Part shown: positions 43,928-54,196 of the stretch, piece after piece | Numbering within the stretch: the first letter of the stretch is position 1 | Layout of the letters: each line of letters begins with the position of its first letter | Virus record (IMG/VR): IMGVR_UViG_3300022745_000628 | Span: 32,001 to 96,000 of that record | DNA from: a virus | DNA length: 64,000 bases | Direction: 5' to 3' (one strand) | Program-made: the position numbers and the translations under genes | Notes under the pieces: generated by a model | Databases searched by the model: none | What the model was told of the DNA's origin: nothing | Seen by the model: the letters and a program-made list of their open reading frames with translations, nothing else

Positions 43928-46177
43928 ATGCCCCTTCAAAAGAAACTGGCGTTCAACCTAAATACCAATGGTAATACCGGGTTTGAACAATCCTTCGCAA
44001 ACCTGGCTCATGCGTACCTGAAAGATGCTGCTCCTAGTCTGATGGACCATGAGCTGGGTTTTCAATTACTGGACACCAACGAAGAAAACACTCGCGCAGT
44101 CGGTGTTTTTGGATTCATGGTGGGCTCTCAGGTGCTATACGCACCGGTATTTTTCTTAAACGGCGACTTGAAAGGTAACGAGCTACTGTACGTTAAGTCC
44201 AATGATATGTTCACGCCGCTGAAAGAAGGCTGGCTGCAATATATTATGAACCGTAAGCCTCAATCGCTGGGAGAGCCTGGAGACCCGTCGTCTATTAATC
44301 CGTCAATCCGTCGACCGGATTTGAGTCAGTTCTATCAAACACCTGGAAAAATCGCTAGCCACGTAGCAGACTTCGCTATTGAGTTCTTGCCAAGCTACGC
44401 AGCGATCACGACAGCTGAATTTGCGAAAGAAGCTGAGGATCTTCGCGGGCTGATATCTGAGAAGTTCAATCTCGATCGATTTATGAAGTCGGCGAGCTCA
44501 GACGATCTTAAAGTGCTTTGTGACACACTGGAATCAAATTCGACGATTGCCGGACGATTCGCCGAATGGTACGGTTTTGACAAGTTGGCGGAAGCTGTCA
44601 AGCGTGCTAAGCAAGACGAGACCCAGCCATCGGCGTTGGATTTGCCAGATATTTCCAATCCAGACCTGTTCTTCGAACCAAGCAAATTGGATGTCTATTT
44701 GGACGTAGACAGCATGCCTGGCGACGCAACGGATCCAGAAAAGGAATATTTCTACTCTCATAACATATTGGTACGAGATAACCGTAAAGTTGAAGAGCAC
44801 GCCAAAGTTCTGGACGAAAGTTCGGATATCAAACTGAGCAATCCAAACTCTACCGGTAAATACCAAGTTCTGGATAAAACTGGCTTGACCGTAGAACGCG
44901 TTGTGCTCAGCCGACCGATCGGACCTAACTCGGTTACTGAAAAGGTGGCTATCCTCGATCCAAGCGGCGACGTACGCTTGGTCTTTAAGCGCGACGCGGT
45001 GTTTGTGGTTAACGATGGAAAAGACGCTCAGAAGGCATTTTCAGACTGGTGGGCCACTGTCGGTTCTAACAGCGTAGATCGTAACAGTACGTATATTGCC
45101 GTTACAAAAGACGGCGTATCTAGCATTCCGTTTGTTATCGAGCGTTCGCTCGGCAAGGCTGCCGACGGCTCGTCTGCTTATGAGATCTCGTTCAAAGGTT
45201 CGGAATCCTGGGATACCTACGACAGCTCTACAAAAAGCAAGGATGGTCAGCGATTTGTAAGTAACAATTCTCGAGAGTACCTGTATATCGGCTCGAAAGC
45301 CGATTCCAAGCTGCACGTACATGAAGGATCGATATACGCGCCGGCGCAAGCTAAATTCATTAAAGTTGATCCGTATCCTGACAGCGATGCGTTTGTACCT
45401 GGCGATATTCACGACGCGCAACGACGATTGCAGCGTGGAACTATCAAGGTGAAAGCTACCCGCGACGCAAATCGTTATGCCATCGACGGACAAGAAATGG
45501 TTTCCAAACAAGCTGCACTTAAGACTTTGGTGCTTAAGTACCGCTTAGGATTTGATTCGGCTAAAGATGTATTGTCCAAGTTGGCTACCGCGGCTCCGAG
45601 AGCTAACTATGCTTTCCGGATCAAACTAGCTGATCCGATGTTGACCGATAACGCGCAACATTCGTTTGGCGTGGACTTTACCCCGCAAACTGACCGTAGC
45701 ACGAACTTCATGAATTTCCAAGGTAGTATGGCTCCGTCCAGCGAGCAGCGCAGCACAATTTCAGAATTGTCCGGTGCCAACTCGGATTTGTCCGGATACA
45801 ACATTTTGACAGAAGGTCGCAACGCAGTTAAGAGCTACGTGCAAAATGCTGCGGATCGTGGAGATAAAGACATATTCGATGTCGGTATGCTATCGTCGTT
45901 GCTTAAGGCAGTTAAGGATGACATGATCATCGATCAATACATCCCAGACCTGATGAAAGCAATGGATAAACTCGGCCGGCTGTTATTCCAATATTATTGG
46001 CATTACGACAAGTTTTCGGCGAGGTTCGGCAAGTCAGATATGCCAGAATTGGAAGACGCTTTGCGTAACAGTTTCGAAATGTTGTCGGAAGTTATACTGT
46101 TCTTGAAGAACAAGACAATCGATCCGTACGCTGAAAACGACACTCCAGACATTTCCCTTAACACATCGGCTGCTTAA
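43928..46177 (+). CDS. Large hypothetical protein, probable head/internal protein
   Basis: 749 aa; KKLAF, GKIAS, MKSAS and IKLAD motifs; position in the head module. Confidence 0.6.
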   Translation: MPLQKKLAFNLNTNGNTGFEQSFANLAHAYLKDAAPSLMDHELGFQLLDTNEENTRAVGVFGFMVGSQVLYAPVFFLNGDLKGNELLYVKSNDMFTPLKEGWLQYIMNRKPQSLGEPGDPSSINPSIRRPDLSQFYQTPGKIASHVADFAIEFLPSYAAITTAEFAKEAEDLRGLISEKFNLDRFMKSASSDDLKVLCDTLESNSTIAGRFAEWYGFDKLAEAVKRAKQDETQPSALDLPDISNPDLFFEPSKLDVYLDVDSMPGDATDPEKEYFYSHNILVRDNRKVEEHAKVLDESSDIKLSNPNSTGKYQVLDKTGLTVERVVLSRPIGPNSVTEKVAILDPSGDVRLVFKRDAVFVVNDGKDAQKAFSDWWATVGSNSVDRNSTYIAVTKDGVSSIPFVIERSLGKAADGSSAYEISFKGSESWDTYDSSTKSKDGQRFVSNNSREYLYIGSKADSKLHVHEGSIYAPAQAKFIKVDPYPDSDAFVPGDIHDAQRRLQRGTIKVKATRDANRYAIDGQEMVSKQAALKTLVLKYRLGFDSAKDVLSKLATAAPRANYAFRIKLADPMLTDNAQHSFGVDFTPQTDRSTNFMNFQGSMAPSSEQRSTISELSGANSDLSGYNILTEGRNAVKSYVQNAADRGDKDIFDVGMLSSLLKAVKDDMIIDQYIPDLMKAMDKLGRLLFQYYWHYDKFSARFGKSDMPELEDALRNSFEMLSEVILFLKNKTIDPYAENDTPDISLNTSAA

Positions 46178-46179
46178 CT

Positions 46180-46629
46180 ATGAGTCAGATCCCCTGGACG
46201 CTACAACCTGTACAATTCGACGATTTGGTTGCCGAAACCTGGCAAGTTGTCAAGTTAAAGGTACCGTGCCGCGGTGATGTTCGTTCGCTACTTGTAACAA
46301 ATATCACCGATGCAGACGCCGAGGTGTCGATCGAATTGTTTACACTGGAAGGGGCCGCGTATGCAGCATACGAATTGACTCCGCCAGATGACGTTGTTCC
46401 GTACACAGGGTCAGCACCGCACGGTTATTCGGTAACTGGTAGCGTGATCACCGGGCAAGGTGGATCCGCTACCATAGCGTCCGGAAGTGCGTATCCTTAT
46501 GCTAATTGCGACGGCTCCCGAACACAGCCAGAATACCAACTTTGGCTGGCTATCAATCCCGGTACCGGGGGCGAAGGGGTTGCCACTGTCGTGGTCTCCG
46601 GAATGTTCGCACCAGTTGGCATCTACTAA
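46180..46629 (+). CDS. Hypothetical beta-rich protein
   Basis: 149 aa in-line. Confidence 0.65.
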   Translation: MSQIPWTLQPVQFDDLVAETWQVVKLKVPCRGDVRSLLVTNITDADAEVSIELFTLEGAAYAAYELTPPDDVVPYTGSAPHGYSVTGSVITGQGGSATIASGSAYPYANCDGSRTQPEYQLWLAINPGTGGEGVATVVVSGMFAPVGIY

Positions 46630-46634
46630 AAACC

Positions 46635-47591
46635 GTGAAATTAGAACATTATCTGGATTCCGCCAACCGAGCTCCGGATTGGCGGTGGCAGAGAGCTGTA
46701 AACATTCAAGATAATAACGACTTAGCGGCATCTAGAAGTCGAGATGGTTTTCCAGGGTTTTCGTTGATTAAAGAGGCGGCGTCCTTCCGCAGTTATTACG
46801 CTCGTGCTAACAACATGGGAGAATTTCGGGCGGTGATGGAACGATTTCCGCATATATTTCGAGCACACCAGCTATATTCCGATAACACCGATCGTTTACG
46901 CTATGCGCTGGAAGCTAATCTACTTACTGAGCGCAATTCGCTCGAAATAGCCCATTTGCTGAATCTTCCAAAAGAGACGGTGGATATGTATGAAGGGGTG
47001 TTTTTTAATGTTAAACCGTATCTACAAAATAAGCAGTATCTACTGCACTGCGTGATTAAACCAACGTTCGACGAAAACACTTATATGCGCGAATACGATT
47101 TTCTATGGAAATTGTATGCATTATTTCTTGGGCCATATGTATTGGACGCTATGCAGTCTATGTTCCCAAATCCGGTGTATTGTCACTCTCCGGATAACGT
47201 TGTACCGGTACTAAGAGACGATACTATGGACACAGCAAGTCTTAGAGCATCCATAGCTGCCAAGACTCTGAAGTTCACAGAACAGAACAAATTGCCGGTT
47301 CTTGAGCTATTTGCCAAGCTTACAGCTATTGCTCGAGATGCCGAAGCGGGCGGTAAATCTCAAGATTCTATGCTGGCGGCCGTGCAAAGCGTATTTGAAC
47401 ATATGCAATTACATATCGGACGCCATGCATTAACAAGTGATAATAAGGCACTAACTTATGATAAAAGTGCGGTAGAATTGAATATCACAGAGTTAACGCA
47501 AGTATCGTTATACGGCGGACTACCGGATAATGACTCTGTTCCAGATATTAGTTTTGATAAACTGATAGAAGAGAACAACTCTAGACGGTAA
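46635..47591 (+). CDS. Hypothetical protein (GTG 46635)
   Basis: RAPDWRWQRA N-terminal block; helical. Confidence 0.7.
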   Translation: MKLEHYLDSANRAPDWRWQRAVNIQDNNDLAASRSRDGFPGFSLIKEAASFRSYYARANNMGEFRAVMERFPHIFRAHQLYSDNTDRLRYALEANLLTERNSLEIAHLLNLPKETVDMYEGVFFNVKPYLQNKQYLLHCVIKPTFDENTYMREYDFLWKLYALFLGPYVLDAMQSMFPNPVYCHSPDNVVPVLRDDTMDTASLRASIAAKTLKFTEQNKLPVLELFAKLTAIARDAEAGGKSQDSMLAAVQSVFEHMQLHIGRHALTSDNKALTYDKSAVELNITELTQVSLYGGLPDNDSVPDISFDKLIEENNSRR

Positions 47592-47617
47592 AACCTTTGT
47601 AGTACGGATAATGACTA

Positions 47618-48925
47618 ATGGCACGTTTGGACGCGGCTACCGAAAACAAATTGATGCAAGCTGTTGAAAAAACGGCGAGTCTTGTCGAATGCGAAGGACT
47701 TCATCCGACAAAGGCTTTGGAAAAGGTTGCGCGGGATGCTTCCCTAACCCGCGGAGCTATTGAAATTGTGGCGCGAGCCTACAATACCGGTAAATCAAAT
47801 GCTATCAGGGAATCTGGCTCTGACGTATTTGAAAAGAGCGCTTCTTTCGAAAGTGCTGACTCGGCAGCTGTAATTAGCGCGATATTTCCGGAAGGCGAGA
47901 TTAAAACGGCTGCACCTAAGGTCGACGAAACAGCGTTTTCAATCGACTACTTTTGGGCACCGGAGTCCTTACTTCCCAAGAAAGCTGCTGCATCCAGTTG
48001 CATCAATTTCGAAGATTTGTTCCCAGCGCAAGCTACCAGTATCGAAAAAGATCCGCAACTGGTCCAAGCCGGCATCGCTAAACGCGCCGCATATCTCCAC
48101 CGACAAGTCCAATACTGGCAAACCGAGGCGGCTAACAACGCTCAAGAACAAATTGATGCGTTTTACAAGTTAGCTGCTTATTTCGATGCTGACGATTGTG
48201 ATCCGTACGAAAGTGTGTTGCGCGGCGTCCGAGCATTTGGCAGTCCTAGCGACGTGTTTATTATGGAAAAAGTCAAGCCGGAAGCTCCGACGCGACTTTG
48301 GCACGCTAAGAACGCCAATGCGGCTGTGCCAATTAATCGACAACATCAGGTGTTTGAATTGCTAGAAGCCGTCAAAACGGCTACAGCTAAATGTCAGTAT
48401 TCGCAATCTACGGTAACAAATATCGCTAACGGAATAGCCGAGCTTATAGCGGACGGACAACCGTTTCGTACAGACAGCGTGATTCCTGAACGGACTAAGG
48501 TAGCAGCTGGTATTAATCCGATATCTTTGCTCGGAATCAACGAATTGATGCGGATTATGAACAGCACCGGCGACGAGCTCGGAAATCATCGGCAAGGTGC
48601 AGCTGATTTCGAATCCGCAGCCGGCCAAAAAATGTTGGCCGACATCGGTACACCTGATCACGAACAAAACCTGCGCCGAATTGCGGTAAAGAGTAACCTG
48701 CAAAAGATTCTATCTAGCGACCCGATTTTGCGAGGCTATTCGCCACATGACGTGGCACAGGCCTTTAATCAATATGCTCAAATTTCGCCGACTACAATTG
48801 ATCGAGATCTGCCAACACGTATGGCGCTTCGTCGACAATTGAGTCAGGACGGCCTTGAAACATTTGACCAGCAGCAGATCGCAGACCTGGACAGCTCACT
48901 TAGAACCGGAAAGACCAGCAAGTAA
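47618..48925 (+). CDS. K-x-A-rich probable head protein
   Basis: EKTAS, EKSAS, IKTAA, KKAAA, AKRAA, YKLAA, TKVAA. Confidence 0.65.
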   Translation: MARLDAATENKLMQAVEKTASLVECEGLHPTKALEKVARDASLTRGAIEIVARAYNTGKSNAIRESGSDVFEKSASFESADSAAVISAIFPEGEIKTAAPKVDETAFSIDYFWAPESLLPKKAAASSCINFEDLFPAQATSIEKDPQLVQAGIAKRAAYLHRQVQYWQTEAANNAQEQIDAFYKLAAYFDADDCDPYESVLRGVRAFGSPSDVFIMEKVKPEAPTRLWHAKNANAAVPINRQHQVFELLEAVKTATAKCQYSQSTVTNIANGIAELIADGQPFRTDSVIPERTKVAAGINPISLLGINELMRIMNSTGDELGNHRQGAADFESAAGQKMLADIGTPDHEQNLRRIAVKSNLQKILSSDPILRGYSPHDVAQAFNQYAQISPTTIDRDLPTRMALRRQLSQDGLETFDQQQIADLDSSLRTGKTSK

Positions 48926-50304
48926 TGGATCTAAGCAAAGTCGATTTGCAAACTGCCGCTGACGCACTTAAGAAATACGCGGCCGCTAAACAAGCAGACA
49001 TTGGCATGTCGGCACTCGGCGATGTCGGCATGGGCGGACTTATCGGGGCTGGACTAGGTGCTGGCGCGGGAGCTATTTACGAAGGTTTCCAGCCTGGCAA
49101 GAAAAAGAACTACCTGCAAAGAGCTATAACCGGGGCGGCCCTTGGTGGCACACTTGGCGCTGGCGCGGGAGCTGTTAAGAACTTAGTCACAGACTGGAAC
49201 ACACCTAAGCCAGATACAGACAGTTCCTTAATAAAGAAGCTTGAAGATGCGCATGCGGTTGGAGATATAGCCGCTTACAATGCACACCGTAAAGCTTTGG
49301 AAGACCGCGGTTTGAGCGTCAACAGTGATTCATTATTAGGATCTATTGCTAACAGCGCTACAACGCATAGCGTGAATAAAGACTTAATGGCCGGCGCCGT
49401 AGCATTTGCACCTACAGCCGCACGGCACTATCAAGCTGAAGCTGTTAACGGCAAAGAGATTATGAATCATGCTGTTCGCCGAGATGCTAACGGTAATGTG
49501 ATCCACAATGAATTTGCTGACCGCCTGCGTACTATGGCAGACGAGACCGCGCCAGTGCCAGATATATCGGCAGTTAATGCGGCTAAAACTGCACCGGTAA
49601 TCACTAAAGATGTTATCGATAATCGGCCAGCGCCAACAGCTGATCCGCTATCGGTTGTAGAAAAGACCGACCCTAATTTCGCACGGCGTGAAGCAGAACT
49701 TCACAAAAATATGCTGAACGCGATGAATAACGCTAAAAATTTAAATAATGATAGCGACGCGCTTAAGAAAATTCGCGGAGAAGCTGCGGACAACATGAAA
49801 CAAGTGCGTTTGGAAGCAGCCGCTGCTAAACACGACGTCAGTCAAATGGCTAGCAAGGACAAACTGTTTCAGCAGTTAAACGATGTACACGACAGCCAAG
49901 CGCAGTTAAAGCACAAAGAGAACATCCAAAAAGCGGAACTTAAGTACCAAGAAGATGTAGCGGCGCGAGAAGCCATGAAACGCGACGCAGAGCTTAAAGG
50001 CCGTAAGTTTGAGACCGCTACCATGCGCGACGGTAAAATATGGGATCCAACGGGTAAGCGTTTAAATGTGACCATGCGTCCACGAGCGCAGGGTGGTAAT
50101 GTCGAGCATGCTAAGCATATGGACGATATCCGAAGATCTGCAATCGGAGCTAAAAAAGATGTAGCGAAAGCTACAACTAAGGCCGAGCTGACTACTGGTA
50201 AGGGTCTTGGATCTGTAGGGTTGCGTGCATTGCTTGGCTATTTGGCAGGTGCTGGCGCAGAGGGTTTGTACAGTCATTTAACCATGCCGTCCACCGAAAA
50301 GTAA
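48925..50304 (+). CDS. Glycine-zipper plus coiled-coil virion/internal protein
   Basis: AKQAD; GMGGLIGAGLGAGAGA; GAALGGTLGAGAGA. Confidence 0.7.
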   Translation: MDLSKVDLQTAADALKKYAAAKQADIGMSALGDVGMGGLIGAGLGAGAGAIYEGFQPGKKKNYLQRAITGAALGGTLGAGAGAVKNLVTDWNTPKPDTDSSLIKKLEDAHAVGDIAAYNAHRKALEDRGLSVNSDSLLGSIANSATTHSVNKDLMAGAVAFAPTAARHYQAEAVNGKEIMNHAVRRDANGNVIHNEFADRLRTMADETAPVPDISAVNAAKTAPVITKDVIDNRPAPTADPLSVVEKTDPNFARREAELHKNMLNAMNNAKNLNNDSDALKKIRGEAADNMKQVRLEAAAAKHDVSQMASKDKLFQQLNDVHDSQAQLKHKENIQKAELKYQEDVAAREAMKRDAELKGRKFETATMRDGKIWDPTGKRLNVTMRPRAQGGNVEHAKHMDDIRRSAIGAKKDVAKATTKAELTTGKGLGSVGLRALLGYLAGAGAEGLYSHLTMPSTEK

Positions 50305-50305
50305 C

Positions 50306-51805
50306 ATGCTTAAACTTATAGACCCAGCTTCATTTGATTTTGACGCACCAATATTTGAATTGGTGAAAGCCTCCAGCCGTGGACTGATTGGCTACGATCG
50401 CAGTGTGTTTGAAAAGCGCGCGTCGTCAGGTATTTTGTGCAATATCGACGATATGCTTAAACAAGCCAAATCAGATGAGCCGCTTGTACATATGTTGGCA
50501 ATGGGTTCTACAGAACACACCGGGCCTAATCGAAATGGTGATGGCTGGCGTACAGAAACTTTGCGCGCTACTCACCCTACATTCGTGAAGTTTGCCAGGC
50601 TGTACAGGAACCACAGTAATAAAAATCCGGAAAAGTCCTACGGTCGCATTATCAAATCTGCGTTTAACGAGACAAATCCGCGCGTGGAATTGATAGTTGC
50701 ACTCAATGGTAGTGACGCAGCTGCTCGCCGAAACGGCGGATTAGTTGCCGATAAAGAAATGCATAAGTTAGCGTCTGGTAAAGAGCTCGCCGTATCTATG
50801 GGCGCTACTTTACCATTTGACGTGTGCTCGTACTGCGGAAACAAATCTAAAACTCCAGCTGAGTATTGCCGTGGTACCCATGAGGGCGGCAATTGCGAAG
50901 CCGGCGGTTTGCAAACCAAAATGGGGGCACTTGTAAACATTAACGGTGATTTACATCATTTACATGCTGATAACCCAGCTCCCGGCCTCAAATTCTTCGA
51001 CATTTCGCACGTATTTCGCCCAGCCGATCGTATTGCATATGCGCTCGGGCAACTAACCAAATCCGCTGGCGATAACACTATGAGTAAATCGGCTGAAGCT
51101 GCGTTACTCGCTGGTATTACTATTCCAGAGTTAGTATACGAAGAAGATGTACAGAATTACGATACAAACGTACAACGGCTATTAAAGGTTGCGCAGACAC
51201 TTGCTAACTATGAACAAGAAATAGAAAGTGGCGAGAAGTTAGGCGACAGCTATTACTCAATGGCTTTTAGCAGCGAACTGTTTCCAGCAGATATGAGCGC
51301 TGCGCGAAGCGTACGTAACAAATTTTCTATGTTTTTAGGTGCGTTGGCGCGTAACAAAGTATGTCTTCCGGTAGAAGGCTTGATCAGCTTATGTACTGAC
51401 GAACCATTCGAGAAAACTGCTGCAACCGCTAAACTAGTAAAGGCCGTTTTGCCTGGGATTTTCACACAATTATTGCAAGACCCAGAGCTTCCGAGCTTAC
51501 TTAAAACTTCGTACTATCAGCCTGTAGTTCCGCATACTGTTGATAGTTCTTTTGTACAATATCATCCAATACTAGAAAATTTTTCTTTGTATAAAGGTGA
51601 TATCGAAAAACGTGCGACGCGTGCTTGTTTACAATTGATTGAGAATACCTTAGTTAAAGTCGGGAATCACCGCCCTACGGTAACTAACGGTAATCTGTTG
51701 AAACTTGCAAAAGAGTATGCGTTGTACAAACTGGCCTTCGTGGCCGCCGCGGACTGTGGACCAGCCGAAACACGTTTGGCAGTTTTACAAAACTACTGCA
51801 ATTAA
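50306..51805 (+). CDS. Prohead (maturation) serine protease, HK97/assemblin-like
   Basis: NRNGDGW, YRNH, VSMG..DVCSYCGN, FFDISHVFRPAD; upstream of scaffold and capsid genes. Confidence 0.75.
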   Translation: MLKLIDPASFDFDAPIFELVKASSRGLIGYDRSVFEKRASSGILCNIDDMLKQAKSDEPLVHMLAMGSTEHTGPNRNGDGWRTETLRATHPTFVKFARLYRNHSNKNPEKSYGRIIKSAFNETNPRVELIVALNGSDAAARRNGGLVADKEMHKLASGKELAVSMGATLPFDVCSYCGNKSKTPAEYCRGTHEGGNCEAGGLQTKMGALVNINGDLHHLHADNPAPGLKFFDISHVFRPADRIAYALGQLTKSAGDNTMSKSAEAALLAGITIPELVYEEDVQNYDTNVQRLLKVAQTLANYEQEIESGEKLGDSYYSMAFSSELFPADMSAARSVRNKFSMFLGALARNKVCLPVEGLISLCTDEPFEKTAATAKLVKAVLPGIFTQLLQDPELPSLLKTSYYQPVVPHTVDSSFVQYHPILENFSLYKGDIEKRATRACLQLIENTLVKVGNHRPTVTNGNLLKLAKEYALYKLAFVAAADCGPAETRLAVLQNYCN

Positions 51806-51814
51806 CCAAGGACT

Positions 51815-53077
51815 TTGTTTACTATGAAAAGTTTGTTCGAAGCAATGCGCGAACTGTCGAGTGGCGTAGAGACTGCAAACTCTGCGCAATACAAGCGGGC
51901 TGCCGAGGTCGGAAAGACCACGCACCCAGTTGATAAATTGGATGACGGCGGCAAGCCTGCAGTTGTTGGTGCGTTCGGAAACGAGCAAGCCGCGGATGTC
52001 AAGGCACAACAGCCACAACTCTTGGAAGGCCCCAACGATGTGACCTACAACCAAGAAGCGGCTGCTGATCAAACAAATATTAAGAAGACTGAGATTGGGA
52101 AGGATCCAGCCGTCGAACGTGATTACAAGACCACGTCCTACGACCCAGGCACTACACACCCAGCACGCGTCGACAAGAAAGCTTCCAGCAAGTACGCATC
52201 GGCTTCGCTTAGCGAATTGCTCGGCATGCATACCAAGATTGCTGATGCAATCATGGCTGATGTTGCAAACGGCCAGCCAGTTAAGACTGCGTCTGCACAA
52301 TCGTCCACACAACCAGCAGCTCTTGATATCGATAAACTAGTCAAAGAAGCAGCTGATCACCCAGAAAACCAACCTTTTAAGGAAGGTTACGAGTTGGCAG
52401 CTAAGCTTGGTTTCCAGGCAGCTGGCGCCGAAGCATGGGTTTCCGATTACGTCGAAAAGATTGCAGCTGAAGCAACGCTCGATGCAGACCTTGTAATTGG
52501 TTTGCTCGAAGGCATGGCGCACAAGGCGGCTAACGACAAGGATATGGCTGCCGAGTCTTTTTCTGAAGAAGGTGCGGAGCATGGTAGCCCCGCAGCACCC
52601 AAGCCTTCCGAAGATAAGCCAGTTGAGGGTGCAGCATCTCCAGCAGCTATCGCTCCTGAGTCCGTAGATCCAGCCAGTATGGGTGGTGACGGCGACGGAT
52701 CGGACATGAGTCAAGAAGAAGCCATTGCAGCGCTTGACAAAGCATTGCAAGACTTAGGCATTTCACCAGAAGAACTGGTGGAAGCGTTGCAGCACTCCGG
52801 ATCCACCGGCGGGGCACCTGAGGCAGGGATGCCTCCCGAGGCAGGGATGCCATCGGCAGGTGCTATGCCCGGCGCGGAGGCAGGGATGCCTCCCGCAGCT
52901 GGTGGAGCCGAAATGCCTATGGACCCAAGCGCAATGAAGTTGGGCCAAGATCTCCAAGCATTTCGACGCAAGAATCTGCTAGCTAAGCTTGCAGGCTCTC
53001 CGCAGCCGGAACTTTCGAAACGAGCGAAGGCTAACATCGCAAAGATGAAGTCTTACGTGTCTGAACTTTGCAAATAA
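51815..53077 (+). CDS. Acidic scaffold-like protein
   Basis: Acidic, low complexity; many K-x-A motifs; EAGMPP repeats at 52820-52894; between protease and capsid genes. Confidence 0.6.
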   Translation: MFTMKSLFEAMRELSSGVETANSAQYKRAAEVGKTTHPVDKLDDGGKPAVVGAFGNEQAADVKAQQPQLLEGPNDVTYNQEAAADQTNIKKTEIGKDPAVERDYKTTSYDPGTTHPARVDKKASSKYASASLSELLGMHTKIADAIMADVANGQPVKTASAQSSTQPAALDIDKLVKEAADHPENQPFKEGYELAAKLGFQAAGAEAWVSDYVEKIAAEATLDADLVIGLLEGMAHKAANDKDMAAESFSEEGAEHGSPAAPKPSEDKPVEGAASPAAIAPESVDPASMGGDGDGSDMSQEEAIAALDKALQDLGISPEELVEALQHSGSTGGAPEAGMPPEAGMPSAGAMPGAEAGMPPAAGGAEMPMDPSAMKLGQDLQAFRRKNLLAKLAGSPQPELSKRAKANIAKMKSYVSELCK

Positions 53078-53092
53078 GGACTTAAAATCTCC

Positions 53093-53470
53093 ATGATTAC
53101 TGACGAAACACTCGCAAAGCTCTCGACACCTGAAAAGGTGTTGGAGCATTTGGAACTTAGCGACGTTGCCTTGCAAAAGGCGGCTGCTGCTGAGGAAGCA
53201 CAGAAGGTTGCCAGCGATGCTGTAAAGGCGTTGATCGGCCCAACAGTTCAAACAATGCTACAGTCCGGCGTTATTCGAAAGGATCAAGCTGAGAAGTCAG
53301 CCAGCATTCTTTTGAGCCATGCTGAATCATTGAAGTTGTTGGCGAAGGTTGCGCAGTTTGTAGCTAACCAGCCTTCTAACATCGGAAAACCTGCTGACGT
53401 TGCGAAGCACGCAAGTGCTGACGACTGGGCGGAACAAGACGCGCGATTTTTGGAAAAACTTCGCGGCTAA
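53093..53470 (+). CDS. Small helical head-associated protein
   Basis: QKVAS, EKSAS, AKHAS. Confidence 0.65.
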   Translation: MITDETLAKLSTPEKVLEHLELSDVALQKAAAAEEAQKVASDAVKALIGPTVQTMLQSGVIRKDQAEKSASILLSHAESLKLLAKVAQFVANQPSNIGKPADVAKHASADDWAEQDARFLEKLRG

Positions 53471-53515
53471 TCCTTTTTAACTTGAAAATCACACGAGCAC
53501 GGAGGCTCAACGATA

Positions 53516-54079
53516 ATGACAGCACCATCGCAAATGTTCGAACACTTCCTTGACCCTTTGAAGGGTTGGTGGGATTGGGCGTGTTTGAATTTCGTGGCTA
53601 AGCAATCCGCAGACGTCGAATTCGACATTCCTGCTGGTCGCGTTGTTCACTTGAATTCTAGTGGCGAATTTGTTACCGGACAGTCGGGCGTTACGATGCC
53701 TATGTTCTTGTTCACCGGTAGCGCAGCTTTTGACGTGAATGTTCCAAGCGGAACGACCGCGGCAGGCACCTTTGTTAGCCAACCTATTCTTCCTTCGGGT
53801 GAGATGATGGCTTTGGTTGCAACTGGTGGCTACGAGTTGTCCAGCACCGAATATGACACGACAAAGACTTACGCAGTAAACGATCTTTTGACAGCTCACC
53901 CAGCGGACGATGATTCGGCAGTCGGCGGAGTCCTCACCAACGTCAAAGTTGGTGGCGGCGGAAGCACTACCTATATCGATCCAATCTGCGGCGTTGTTTC
54001 AAAGATCGGACAGCGAAACGAGTACAACGTGCGTGTATTGCACTTTTGGACCGTTTACTTGCCGGCATCGAACGATTAA
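53516..54079 (+). CDS. Putative capsid decoration/cement protein
   Basis: Beta-rich 187-aa gene directly upstream of the MCP; GGAGG upstream. Confidence 0.55.
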   Translation: MTAPSQMFEHFLDPLKGWWDWACLNFVAKQSADVEFDIPAGRVVHLNSSGEFVTGQSGVTMPMFLFTGSAAFDVNVPSGTTAAGTFVSQPILPSGEMMALVATGGYELSSTEYDTTKTYAVNDLLTAHPADDDSAVGGVLTNVKVGGGGSTTYIDPICGVVSKIGQRNEYNVRVLHFWTVYLPASND

Positions 54080-54089
54080 TCCACAAAAC

Positions 54090-54126
54090 CAACCGCCGGC
54101 TAATAACCGGCGGTTGTTCTTGTTTT
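54090..54126 (+). terminator. Hairpin between decoration and capsid genes
   Basis: CAACCGCCGG/CCGGCGGTTG followed by TTCTTGTTTT. Confidence 0.55.
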
Positions 54127-54196
54127 CAATTTCATCAAAAAACTGGCCCCGTCGGAAGGACTCCGATGGTCGCTTCACGGAGGAAGAACTTAAAAC

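Noticed and set aside
37445-47617. Possible late promoter TTGTA-N-AAAA upstream of 37507, 40973 and 47618
   Set aside because: Too short and variable to separate from chance by eye.
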